From contig CAWIIV010000006.1 of the NCBI GenBank assembly GCA_963836205.1, positions 576,001 through 640,000 of the forward strand: a stretch of DNA of 64,000 nt, in the 5' to 3' direction. Made by a program: the position numbers and the translations under genes. This document shows, piece by piece, positions 9,473 to 17,518 of the stretch; positions within the stretch are counted from its first letter, which is position 1; every line of letters begins with the position of its first letter. The DNA comes from an uncultured Acidimicrobiia bacterium. Lineage in GTDB: Bacteria > Actinomycetota > Acidimicrobiia > Acidimicrobiales > AC-14. Under the pieces are notes generated by a model. The model made no database searches. It had not been told where the DNA came from and was given only the letters and a program-made list of their open reading frames with translations.

Positions 9473-10578
9473 CCTTGCACGCGGTCGTGCTGCTGGGGGG
9501 GATCGGCACCCGGTTGCGCCCGCTCACCTACTCGATGCCGAAACAGGCGCTGCCGATCGCCGAGATACCGATGATCGAGCGCGTCCTCGCCCACCTGCTC
9601 GAGCACGGGGTCACGGGGGCGGTGCTCTCCCTGGGCTACCTCCACCAGGCGTTCGCCACCCTGTTCGAGAGCGGGCGCTTCCACACGATGGAGGTATCGT
9701 TCGCGGTGGAGCCGGAGCCGCTCGACACGGCCGGGGCCATCCGCTTCGCGGCGGCCGAGGCCGGGATCGACGAGCGCTTCCTCGTCGTCAACGGCGACGT
9801 CCTCACCGACCTCGACATCACCGCCATGCTCGAGTTCCACGACTCCCGGGACGGGGCCGAGGCCACCATCGCCCTGGCCCACGTCGCCGACTCGTCCGCC
9901 TTCGGCCTGGTCATCACCGACGGCGCCGACGGCCGGGTGGAGCGGTTCGTGGAGAAGCCGCCCGCCGACCAGGCCGGTCCCGGCGACGTCAACGCCGGAA
10001 CCTACGTGTTCGAGCCTCGGGCGCTCGACCGCATCGCCGAAGGCCGGCGGGTATCGGTGGAGCGGGAGGTGTTCCCGGGCATCGTGGCCGACCGGGCACT
10101 CTTCGCCTTCCCGTCGCCCGACTACTGGACCGACACCGGCACGCCCACGCAGTACCTCCAGGCCCAGCTCGACATCGTCGGCGGCCACCGGCCCGGCCCC
10201 CCGGCGCCGGGCGCAGTCTCCGACGGCCACGGCGTCTGGCGGATGGGACGGGTCACGGTGGAGGGCGACGTCCAGGCGCCGGCCCTCCTCGGCGTCGACG
10301 CCCGGATCGCGGTGGCGGCCATGGTGCGCAACTCGGTGGTGGGTGCGGGCGCCATCGTCGACGAGGGGGCAGTGGTCGTCGACTCCGTCCTCCTCCCGGG
10401 GGCGTGGGTGGCGGCCTATGCCGCCGTCCGGGGCTCGATCGTGGGTCCGGGGGCGGTGATCGGGGAGGGCGCGTCGGTCACCGGCGGCTCGGTCGTCGGC
10501 GCCGGCATCAAGGTCGACCCCGGGTCCAACATCGTGGGCGCCCGGGTTCCCGCCGGCGTGGTCGCGGAAACGGGCTGA
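9469..10578 (+). CDS. NDP-sugar pyrophosphorylase (mannose-1-phosphate guanylyltransferase-like) with C-terminal left-handed beta-helix
   Basis: LLGGIGTRLRPLT..PK, EPEPLDTAGAI, NGDVLTD, FVEKP, WTDTGTP, hexapeptide repeats. Confidence 0.9.
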   Translation: MTLHAVVLLGGIGTRLRPLTYSMPKQALPIAEIPMIERVLAHLLEHGVTGAVLSLGYLHQAFATLFESGRFHTMEVSFAVEPEPLDTAGAIRFAAAEAGIDERFLVVNGDVLTDLDITAMLEFHDSRDGAEATIALAHVADSSAFGLVITDGADGRVERFVEKPPADQAGPGDVNAGTYVFEPRALDRIAEGRRVSVEREVFPGIVADRALFAFPSPDYWTDTGTPTQYLQAQLDIVGGHRPGPPAPGAVSDGHGVWRMGRVTVEGDVQAPALLGVDARIAVAAMVRNSVVGAGAIVDEGAVVVDSVLLPGAWVAAYAAVRGSIVGPGAVIGEGASVTGGSVVGAGIKVDPGSNIVGARVPAGVVAETG

Positions 10579-10588
10579 GAGGCCCCCG

Positions 10589-11533
10589 ATGAGGGCGCTG
10601 GTCACCGGCGGCGCCGGGTTCATCGGCTCGACATTGGTCGACCGGCTGCTGGCGGAGGGCCATGCCGTCGACGTGGTCGACGACCTGTCGAGCGGGGCCC
10701 TGTCCAACCTGGCCGACGCCCGCAACACGGCCGGGCACGACCTGAGCTTCCACCGCCTCGACATCCGGGAGCCGGGGCTGGTCGAGCTCATGGCCCGCCG
10801 CCGGCCCGAGGTCGTCTTCCACCTGGCCGCCCAGGCCGACGTGCGGGTCTCGGTCGCGCGACCGCTGTTCGACGCCGAGGTCAACATTCTGGGCACCCTC
10901 AACGTGCTGGAGGGGGCGCGGGCGGCGGGGACGGTCAAGGTGGTGCTGGCCGCCAGCGGGGGGACGCTCTACGGCGAGCCCGACGAGCTGCCGGTGCGGG
11001 AGTCGGCCCCCCAACGGCCGCTGTCGCCCTACGGGGTGTCGAAGAAGGCGGCCGGCGACTACCTGGCCGCCTACCGGGAGTTGCACGGGATCGAATTCAC
11101 CGCATTGGCCCTGGCCAACGTCTACGGCCCCCGCCAGGATCCCCACGGGGAGGCGGGTGTGGTGGCCATCTTCGCCGGCCTGCTGCTGGCCGGGGAGCAG
11201 TGCATGATCTTCGGCACCGGCGAGCAGACCCGCGACTTCGTCTACGTCGACGACGTGGTCGACGCCTTCGCCCGGGCCGCCACCCGGGGGAGCGGGCTGC
11301 TCATGAACGTCGGCACCGGCCGGGAGACGTCGGTCAACCGGCTGTACCAGACCATGGCCGACGCCGCCGGTGTGGCCGCGCCGCCGCTCTACGCCCCCGC
11401 CCGGGCGGGTGAGCTGGCCCGGTCGTCCCTCGACCCGGGCCGGGCCGCCATCCACCTCGGCTGGGAGTCGTGGACGAGCTTGGAGGCCGGCACCGCGGAA
11501 GTGCTGCGCTGGTTCGAGGCCCGCCGGGACTGA
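10589..11533 (+). CDS. NAD-dependent epimerase/dehydratase (UDP-glucose 4-epimerase-like)
   Basis: TGGAGFIGS, HLAAQADVRVSV, YGVSK, NVYGPRQDPHGEAGVV, TRDFVYVDD. Confidence 0.92.
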   Translation: MRALVTGGAGFIGSTLVDRLLAEGHAVDVVDDLSSGALSNLADARNTAGHDLSFHRLDIREPGLVELMARRRPEVVFHLAAQADVRVSVARPLFDAEVNILGTLNVLEGARAAGTVKVVLAASGGTLYGEPDELPVRESAPQRPLSPYGVSKKAAGDYLAAYRELHGIEFTALALANVYGPRQDPHGEAGVVAIFAGLLLAGEQCMIFGTGEQTRDFVYVDDVVDAFARAATRGSGLLMNVGTGRETSVNRLYQTMADAAGVAAPPLYAPARAGELARSSLDPGRAAIHLGWESWTSLEAGTAEVLRWFEARRD

Positions 11534-11547
11534 CTGACGTCTGGCTC

Positions 11548-11952
11548 TCAGCCGGCCGCTCCGTCGAGCCGCCGGACGAGCTTCTGCGGCGCGAGGAGCC
11601 GGTAGCTCTCGGTGACGAGCTCGGCCACCTCGTCCCACCCGACGCCGGCATCGAGGACGAGACCCACGATGTTCGGCCGCCAGGGAGGAGTGAAGAACGG
11701 GTGCCCGGCGTGGCGGAGGGCGTCGAGCTCGGGGGCCGCCGACTGGAAGGTGAGCACGGTCACCGGGCCGGGGGACCGGGCGGCGCGGGCGTAGCCCGGC
11801 GGCCATCCGGCCTCGATCGAGACGACGTGGGCGAACGTCCTGGCCCGGATGCGCCACCGCGTCCCCACCCACGCCTGCTCCTCGTAGGCCTCCGGCAGCC
11901 GCTCGCACACCCGGCGGAGGCGGACGAGGGTCTCGGGCGGAACATCGATCAT
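11548..11952 (-). CDS. MmcQ/YjbR family protein
   Basis: LRRVCERLPEAYEEQAW...WRIRARTFA...WDEVAELVTESYRLLAP; ATG at 11952. Confidence 0.85.
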   Translation of the reverse strand: MIDVPPETLVRLRRVCERLPEAYEEQAWVGTRWRIRARTFAHVVSIEAGWPPGYARAARSPGPVTVLTFQSAAPELDALRHAGHPFFTPPWRPNIVGLVLDAGVGWDEVAELVTESYRLLAPQKLVRRLDGAAG

Positions 11953-12047
11953 CGGTTGCAGTTCTTCCGGATGGTGTCGATTTGGAAGAGTCGGGTTCGT
12001 GTTGGTGGTGAGGGTCGGAACGAGCCGCCCGGACCCGAGGAGCCCCG

Positions 12048-12503
12048 ATGACTGCAACCACCAACCCCACCGCCACAGTCACCTCGTCGCCGGCCGTTCC
12101 TTCGGCCACCACCTGCTCGCCGAAGCTGTGGCGCCCCGGCATGATCGCCGGCCTGGCTGCCGCCGCGGCCACCACCGCCGTCGCCGCCGTCGCCCATGCG
12201 TGCGGCGTCTCCCTCGAGACCGCGCCCGGCGAGGCCATCCCCGTCATCGGCTTCGGCCAGCTGACCCTCTTCTTCACCGTCATCGGCATCGTCCTGGCCC
12301 GCACCATCGGCCGCCGGGCCCGCCATCCCCGGTCGACGTTCACCAGGACCACCGTCGCCCTCACCGCCCTCTCCCTGGTGCCCGACGTGACCCTCTCCGC
12401 CGGCGCCTCCACCAAGATCACGCTGATCCTGACCCACCTGGTCGCCGCCGCCGTCGTGATCCCCGCCCTCTCGTCCCGCCTGCCGGAGCGTGGGACGCAC
12501 TGA
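12048..12503 (+). CDS. Small four-TM membrane protein (DUF6069-like)
   Basis: Four hydrophobic segments, LSLVPD and LILTHLVAAAVVIP motifs; GGAG RBS upstream. Confidence 0.75.
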   Translation: MTATTNPTATVTSSPAVPSATTCSPKLWRPGMIAGLAAAAATTAVAAVAHACGVSLETAPGEAIPVIGFGQLTLFFTVIGIVLARTIGRRARHPRSTFTRTTVALTALSLVPDVTLSAGASTKITLILTHLVAAAVVIPALSSRLPERGTH

Positions 12504-12732
12504 CCGAGGTCGCCGCCGACGGCCATGGGCACGGACCGCCTGGTTCGTGCCCATCGGCGCGCTTGGGAGCTAGACCGGCTGGAGGGCCCGAACCGATGAT
12601 CTGAGAAGGTCGTCGCGGGGCATCACCAGGCGAGCGCCTTCGACGCCGATCACCGCGTGGAGCGCAGCGCTGATGATCGTCGCGCCGTGCCGCAATGCCT
12701 CGAACTGGCCTGCCTCGTCGACCCTCGATTCG

Positions 12733-13437
12733 CTACCGGAACAGGTCGTCCCCCGGCGCCCGCACGATCTCCGAGCGGACCGAGCCACCTTCCCGGAGCC
12801 AGGAGCGGTCGGCGCCCCTCACGACGGCGGCGCAGATCCCGGACGCCTTGCCCATGACCAGCTCGGCGGCGGACGCGAGCTCGTCGGCCACCGCTACCTC
12901 GGTCGCGTGCAGCTCCCGGCCCTGGGTGTCGGTGGTGCCCCGCAGGTCGACGACGGCGGCGATGCCGGCGCAGCCGATGGCCACGTCGGTAAGGCCCCGC
13001 CGCCACGGGCGGCCGAAGGTGTCGGACACGATCACCGCCACCTCCACGCCGGTCCGGGCCCGTAGGCCGTCCCGGATGCGGCGGGCGGAACGGTCGGCGT
13101 CGACCGGCAACAGAGTTGCGTAGCCGTCGGGGACGTTGGACAGGTCGACGCCCGAGTTGGCGCACACGAACCCGCCCCGGGTTTCGGTGATGACCAGGTC
13201 GCCTCGCCGGCGGAGGACGCGCACCGCCTCCGCCTCCACCACCGCCGCTCGGGCCTGCCGGTCGTCGTGGTCGAGGGCCACCATCCGCCCCTCGGCCTTC
13301 GACACCACCTTTTGGGTGACAACCACGACGTCGCCGTCCTCGAACGGCACCGAGGCCGCCACCAGCAGGTCGGCGAGCCGGTCGCCGGGCCGAACCTCGG
13401 GCACCCCCTCGACGGGGATGATCTCCAGCCGTCCCAT
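12733..13437 (-). CDS. cofE: Coenzyme F420-0:L-glutamate ligase
   Basis: PEVRPGD, VVTQKVVSKAEGR, CANSGVDLSN, SDTFGRPWRRG, ADELASAAELVMGK; ATG 13437 overlaps the cofD stop. Confidence 0.93.
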   Translation of the reverse strand: MGRLEIIPVEGVPEVRPGDRLADLLVAASVPFEDGDVVVVTQKVVSKAEGRMVALDHDDRQARAAVVEAEAVRVLRRRGDLVITETRGGFVCANSGVDLSNVPDGYATLLPVDADRSARRIRDGLRARTGVEVAVIVSDTFGRPWRRGLTDVAIGCAGIAAVVDLRGTTDTQGRELHATEVAVADELASAAELVMGKASGICAAVVRGADRSWLREGGSVRSEIVRAPGDDLFR

Positions 13438-14363
13438 CAGGCCCCGACGACGGCGGCGGCCAGGGCGACCGCCTCCGCCCGGCCCCGCATGACCGACGGG
13501 GTGACGACGCAGCGCATCCCTTCGTCCTCCACCGCGCCCGCCAGCCACCCGTCGGCCTCGTCGACGACCAGCACCGACGCCAGCGACGCGTACAGCCGCG
13601 CCACGCCAACCACCGACACGTCGTGGCCGAGGTCGGCCAGCAGGCGGGCGGCCGGACCCTTGAGGGCGGCACCCGCGACGATGGGCGACACCGCCACCAC
13701 GTCCTCCCGCCGGGCCTCGACCGCGGCCCGCACCCCCGGCACGGCGAGGATCGGGTCGATCGACACGATCGGGTTGGACGGGCAGATCACCACCCGATCG
13801 GCGACCGCCAATGCATCGAGGACGCCCGGCCCGGCCGCCGCGAACGACGCCCCCGCGAACCGCACCGACCGCACCGGGACGTCGTGGCGACGGCGCACGA
13901 AGTAGTCCTGGAACTCGATCTCCCCCTCGCCCGGCACCTCCACCCGGGTCTCCACGCGGTCGTCCGACATCGGTAGCAGCCGCACGCCCACCCCCCAGGC
14001 GGCGGCGACCTCGGCCGTCACCAGCGACAGGGGTGCTCCCCCCGCCAGCCGGCGGGTGCGGTAGAGGTGGTTGGCCAGGTCGCGGTCGCCCAGGCGGAAC
14101 CAGGTGAGATCGGGACCGAACCGGTCGAGGGCGTCCATGGCCGCCCACGACTCGCCGGCCAGGCCCCAGCCGGTCTCCGGGTTCACGGCGTCGGCCAGGG
14201 TGTAGGTGACGGTGTCGAGGTCGGGGCAGACGTGCAGGCCGTGGATGACGAAGTCGTCGCCGGTGTTGACGATGGCGGTGACGGAGGCCGGGTCGACCAC
14301 CTCTACCAGGCCCCGGAGGAGCCGGGCGGCCCCCACCCCGCCTGCGAGGGCCGCGATGCGCAC
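13437..14363 (-). CDS. cofD: 2-phospho-L-lactate transferase
   Basis: LAGGVGAARLL, NTGDD, CPDLDTVTYTL, WFRLGDRDLA, FQDYFV, PSNPIVSI, ALKGPA. Confidence 0.95.
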   Translation of the reverse strand: MRIAALAGGVGAARLLRGLVEVVDPASVTAIVNTGDDFVIHGLHVCPDLDTVTYTLADAVNPETGWGLAGESWAAMDALDRFGPDLTWFRLGDRDLANHLYRTRRLAGGAPLSLVTAEVAAAWGVGVRLLPMSDDRVETRVEVPGEGEIEFQDYFVRRRHDVPVRSVRFAGASFAAAGPGVLDALAVADRVVICPSNPIVSIDPILAVPGVRAAVEARREDVVAVSPIVAGAALKGPAARLLADLGHDVSVVGVARLYASLASVLVVDEADGWLAGAVEDEGMRCVVTPSVMRGRAEAVALAAAVVGA

Positions 14364-14418
14364 GCCGGAGAGGCTACCGGCGGACCACGGCCCCGAAGGC
14401 CCCGGCCACTAGCCTCGC

Positions 14419-14502
14419 AATCCCAGTGACGACCAAATCCCAGTGACGGCCCAATTCCAAGTGACGGCCCAATTCCAGTGACGGCCCAATTCCAGTGACG
14501 GC
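14419..14502. repeat. Tandem 17-bp repeat, about 5 copies (AATYCCAGTGACGGCCC)
   Basis: Units start at 14419, 14436, 14453 (18 bp), 14471 and 14488 (partial); no spacers. Confidence 0.92.
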
Positions 14503-16465
14503 ATCGACCCACGATCGCGTCGACCCGCAGCCGGCCCTCCCCCCCGAAGGCGGGCGGAACCCGGGCGCGCCGCGTCCGGCCCGACGGATCCCCCGAGCCC
14601 ACCTGCTCGTCCTCGTCGCCATCGCCGCCGTCGGCCTCCTCCGGGGGCTGTTCTGGGTCGCCACCACCGAGGTGTGGAGTCCCATCGACGAGGCCCACCA
14701 CTACGGCTTCGTCCAGTCGCTCGCCACCGGCCACGGCATCCCCACCGTGGGAAAGGACGTGATGCCGGTGGAGGTGGTCGAGGTCATCAAGGCCTCCCCC
14801 ACCCTCGCCTCCCGGTCGACGCCCCACCTCCCCACGCTCGACGACGGCTACTGGTCGGTGGCATCGTCGCAGTACGAGGCGGTCCAACCGCCGCTCTACT
14901 ACGTCCTGCTGGTGCCGGCCTATTGGGTCTCGCGCCCGTTCGGTTTCGTCGCGTCGATCTACGGGTTGCGCATCGGGTCAGTGCTGATCGCCCTGGCCGC
15001 AGTCCCCCTCACCTGGATGCTGGCCAAGGAGCTGTTCCCCCGCCGGCCTGCGGTCTGGCTGGCGGCGCCGGCCGTCCTGGTGGCGATCAACGGCTTCAAC
15101 ACCAACCTGGCCACCATCGGCAACGACGCCTTGGTGGTACCCGTCGCCGCCCTCGCCCTGCTTGCTGCGGCCCGCTTCCACCGCGCCCCCAGCCTCAGGA
15201 CAGCGGCCCTCACCGGGCTCGCGCTGGGGGCAGCCCTCCTGGCCAAGACCACCACCCTGGGCCTGGTCGGCGTGCTCGCCCTCCCCTACCTGTGGTTGCT
15301 CGCCACCCGGCGCCAGTCGCTCACCCAGGTGCTCAAGGCGGGCGCAGTCACGGGGGCGTGCGCGGGGGCGGTGCTGGCGCCATGGGTGTTGTGGAACCTG
15401 GCCACCTACGGCTCACCCACCGCGGCCGACGCCAGCAGCGCCATCACCGGCCAGATGATGGCTCGGTCGCAGCTGGGCCTCGGCACCCTGTGGGACCACG
15501 TCCGGCTGGCCAACATGGGCTTCTGGGACTCGGCCCTGTTCAGCCACCTCACCGGTCCTCCCTACGAGCGGGTGTGGGTGTGGGCGGCCGTGGCGGCGGT
15601 GGTCGCCGGCGTGGGGACGGCCCTGGCCCGACGGGACCGAACGGCGGCGGTGGCTCTGGCCTGGGTCGGCACCGCCCTGCCCCTGGCCTTCCTGGGTATG
15701 GAGGCCATCGTGTTCGGCCTCTTCGACGGCGTGGGCCATCCCGAGGGCCGTCACCTCTACACCGCCCTGGTCCCAGTGAGCATCCTGGTGGCGGCGGCGG
15801 CCGTCATCGCCCTCGGGCCGCGCTGGGGCGTGGTCGCGGTCGCGGCCGTGATCGCGGTCGCCTTCGTGGCCGAGCAGTCCCAGGCGCGGGACTACGTGAC
15901 CGCCACCTACTCCGCCGGCCGCCTCCCGGGCGACCTGACCCCCGTCGTCGACCAGCCGTTGAACGAGGGATTCGTGTCCACGTCCGCCATCCGGGTCGAC
16001 CCGCCCTGCCCGGTGCGAGCCGTGGGCCTGGTGGTCGACGGTCCGCCGCCGGCCACGCTCCTCGTCGACGGTGCCGCCACCCCGCTCACCGGCACGGTGG
16101 CCGAGCTCTCCCGTAGGCCGCGTCCGTCCGATCCCGAGGTGCAGGTGTACTCGCTGCCCTCGCCCCTCGCCGCCCCGTTCGACGTGGTCGCGCCCGAAGG
16201 CCTGGTGGTCGGCACCAGCCTCGCCGACACCGAACCCCGCCTGGCCCTGGCCGACGGACCGGGCGACCCCGTCGCCCGCCTGTACTGCCAGGTGCCCGAC
16301 TCCGTGCGGGCCCGCTTCGACCAGCAGTTCCCCCCGCTGCACCCGAGCCAGCTCGGCTACGACACCGTCCGCCTATGGCCCCGGGCGTGGGCCGCCCTCG
16401 GCGTCCTCGGCCTGCTGGCTGCGGTGGGCGCGGCCCTCCGCCCCCGGAAGTCGGTGGACGGGTGA
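14495..16465 (+). CDS. Polytopic GT-C-like (DUF2142/ArnT-like) membrane glycosyltransferase with C-terminal extracellular domain
   Basis: First loop SPIDEAHH, YEAVQPPLYY, GNDAL, AKTT, GRHLY; about 12 TM segments. Confidence 0.8.
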   Translation: MTASTHDRVDPQPALPPEGGRNPGAPRPARRIPRAHLLVLVAIAAVGLLRGLFWVATTEVWSPIDEAHHYGFVQSLATGHGIPTVGKDVMPVEVVEVIKASPTLASRSTPHLPTLDDGYWSVASSQYEAVQPPLYYVLLVPAYWVSRPFGFVASIYGLRIGSVLIALAAVPLTWMLAKELFPRRPAVWLAAPAVLVAINGFNTNLATIGNDALVVPVAALALLAAARFHRAPSLRTAALTGLALGAALLAKTTTLGLVGVLALPYLWLLATRRQSLTQVLKAGAVTGACAGAVLAPWVLWNLATYGSPTAADASSAITGQMMARSQLGLGTLWDHVRLANMGFWDSALFSHLTGPPYERVWVWAAVAAVVAGVGTALARRDRTAAVALAWVGTALPLAFLGMEAIVFGLFDGVGHPEGRHLYTALVPVSILVAAAAVIALGPRWGVVAVAAVIAVAFVAEQSQARDYVTATYSAGRLPGDLTPVVDQPLNEGFVSTSAIRVDPPCPVRAVGLVVDGPPPATLLVDGAATPLTGTVAELSRRPRPSDPEVQVYSLPSPLAAPFDVVAPEGLVVGTSLADTEPRLALADGPGDPVARLYCQVPDSVRARFDQQFPPLHPSQLGYDTVRLWPRAWAALGVLGLLAAVGAALRPRKSVDG

Positions 16466-17514
16466 GCGAGCCCATCCGCAAGGAGCACCGCCATATCGAG
16501 TTCCCGGGCGCGGCCTGGACCGCGTTCGACCGCTACAGCCGGTACGGAGCGATCGTCCGGGCCCTGCGGGCGACGCTCGGGGCGGGACGCCTCCGGGTGC
16601 TCGACGTCGGCGACGGCGCCGGCTACCTGTCGGCCTTCGACGCCGACCTCGACGCGGTGTCGGTCGACCTGTCACCCACAGCCGAGCCCCTGGCCGGCAC
16701 CGTCCGCCTGGCCGCCGACGGCACCCGCCTCCCCTTCCCCGACGCCAGCTTCGACGCGGTGGTCAGCAGCGACGCCCTCGAACACGTCCCGCCCGGGCTG
16801 CGGGACGGCTTCCTGGCCGAGCTGGTCCGCGTCAGCCGGGAGCTGGTGCTCCTGGCCGCTCCCTTCGACACGCCGGGGGTGGCGGGGGCCGAGGAGCTGG
16901 TGCGGCGGTTCGTCCTCCTCGTCACCGGGAGCGCCCAGGAGCAGCTCGACGAGCACCGCGACCACGGGCTGCCGGGCGTCGACGACACCGTGGCCCGGTT
17001 TGCCGGTCTCGGCCTGCAGGTGGCGGTGGCCGGCGCCGGCAACCTCCACGACTGGCTGGCCATGATGCTGCTCAAGCACCAGCTGGTGGCCCGGCCCGCC
17101 CTCGGACCCCTCGATACCGGCTACGACATCGCCTACAACTGGATGTTCTCGGGACGTGACCACGTGCCGCCCTTCTACCGCCACCTGGTCGCCGCCGGCC
17201 GCACCGCGCCGCCGTCTTTCGGTGACCCCTCGCCCCTCGACGGCGCCCCCGCCGACAGCATCGCCGGGCTGCTGGCCGTGTTCACCGCGGCCAACGTGGC
17301 CGAGGCCGTCCGGCAGGACACCAATCACCGGGTGGCCGCCACCGAGCGCCTGGTGGCCGACGTCTCCCCCCGCCTGGCCGCCATCGAGGATGCTGTCGCC
17401 CGCCTCGACGCCCGCTCCCAGGCCATCGAGACGTCGATCGAGCACCTCCTCCACCTCGTCCGCCACCCGGTGGCGAGCGCGGTCGACAAGGTCCGCCGCA
17501 AGCCCAACCGGTGA
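16462..17514 (+). CDS. Class I SAM-dependent methyltransferase with coiled-coil tail
   Basis: VLDVGDGAG, LPFPDASFDAVVSSDALEHV; GTG 16462 overlaps the upstream stop. Confidence 0.87.
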   Translation: MSEPIRKEHRHIEFPGAAWTAFDRYSRYGAIVRALRATLGAGRLRVLDVGDGAGYLSAFDADLDAVSVDLSPTAEPLAGTVRLAADGTRLPFPDASFDAVVSSDALEHVPPGLRDGFLAELVRVSRELVLLAAPFDTPGVAGAEELVRRFVLLVTGSAQEQLDEHRDHGLPGVDDTVARFAGLGLQVAVAGAGNLHDWLAMMLLKHQLVARPALGPLDTGYDIAYNWMFSGRDHVPPFYRHLVAAGRTAPPSFGDPSPLDGAPADSIAGLLAVFTAANVAEAVRQDTNHRVAATERLVADVSPRLAAIEDAVARLDARSQAIETSIEHLLHLVRHPVASAVDKVRRKPNR

Positions 17515-17518
17515 CCGG

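Noticed and set aside
12570-12730. Possible gene remnant downstream of cofE
   Set aside because: No recognisable motif or credible start.
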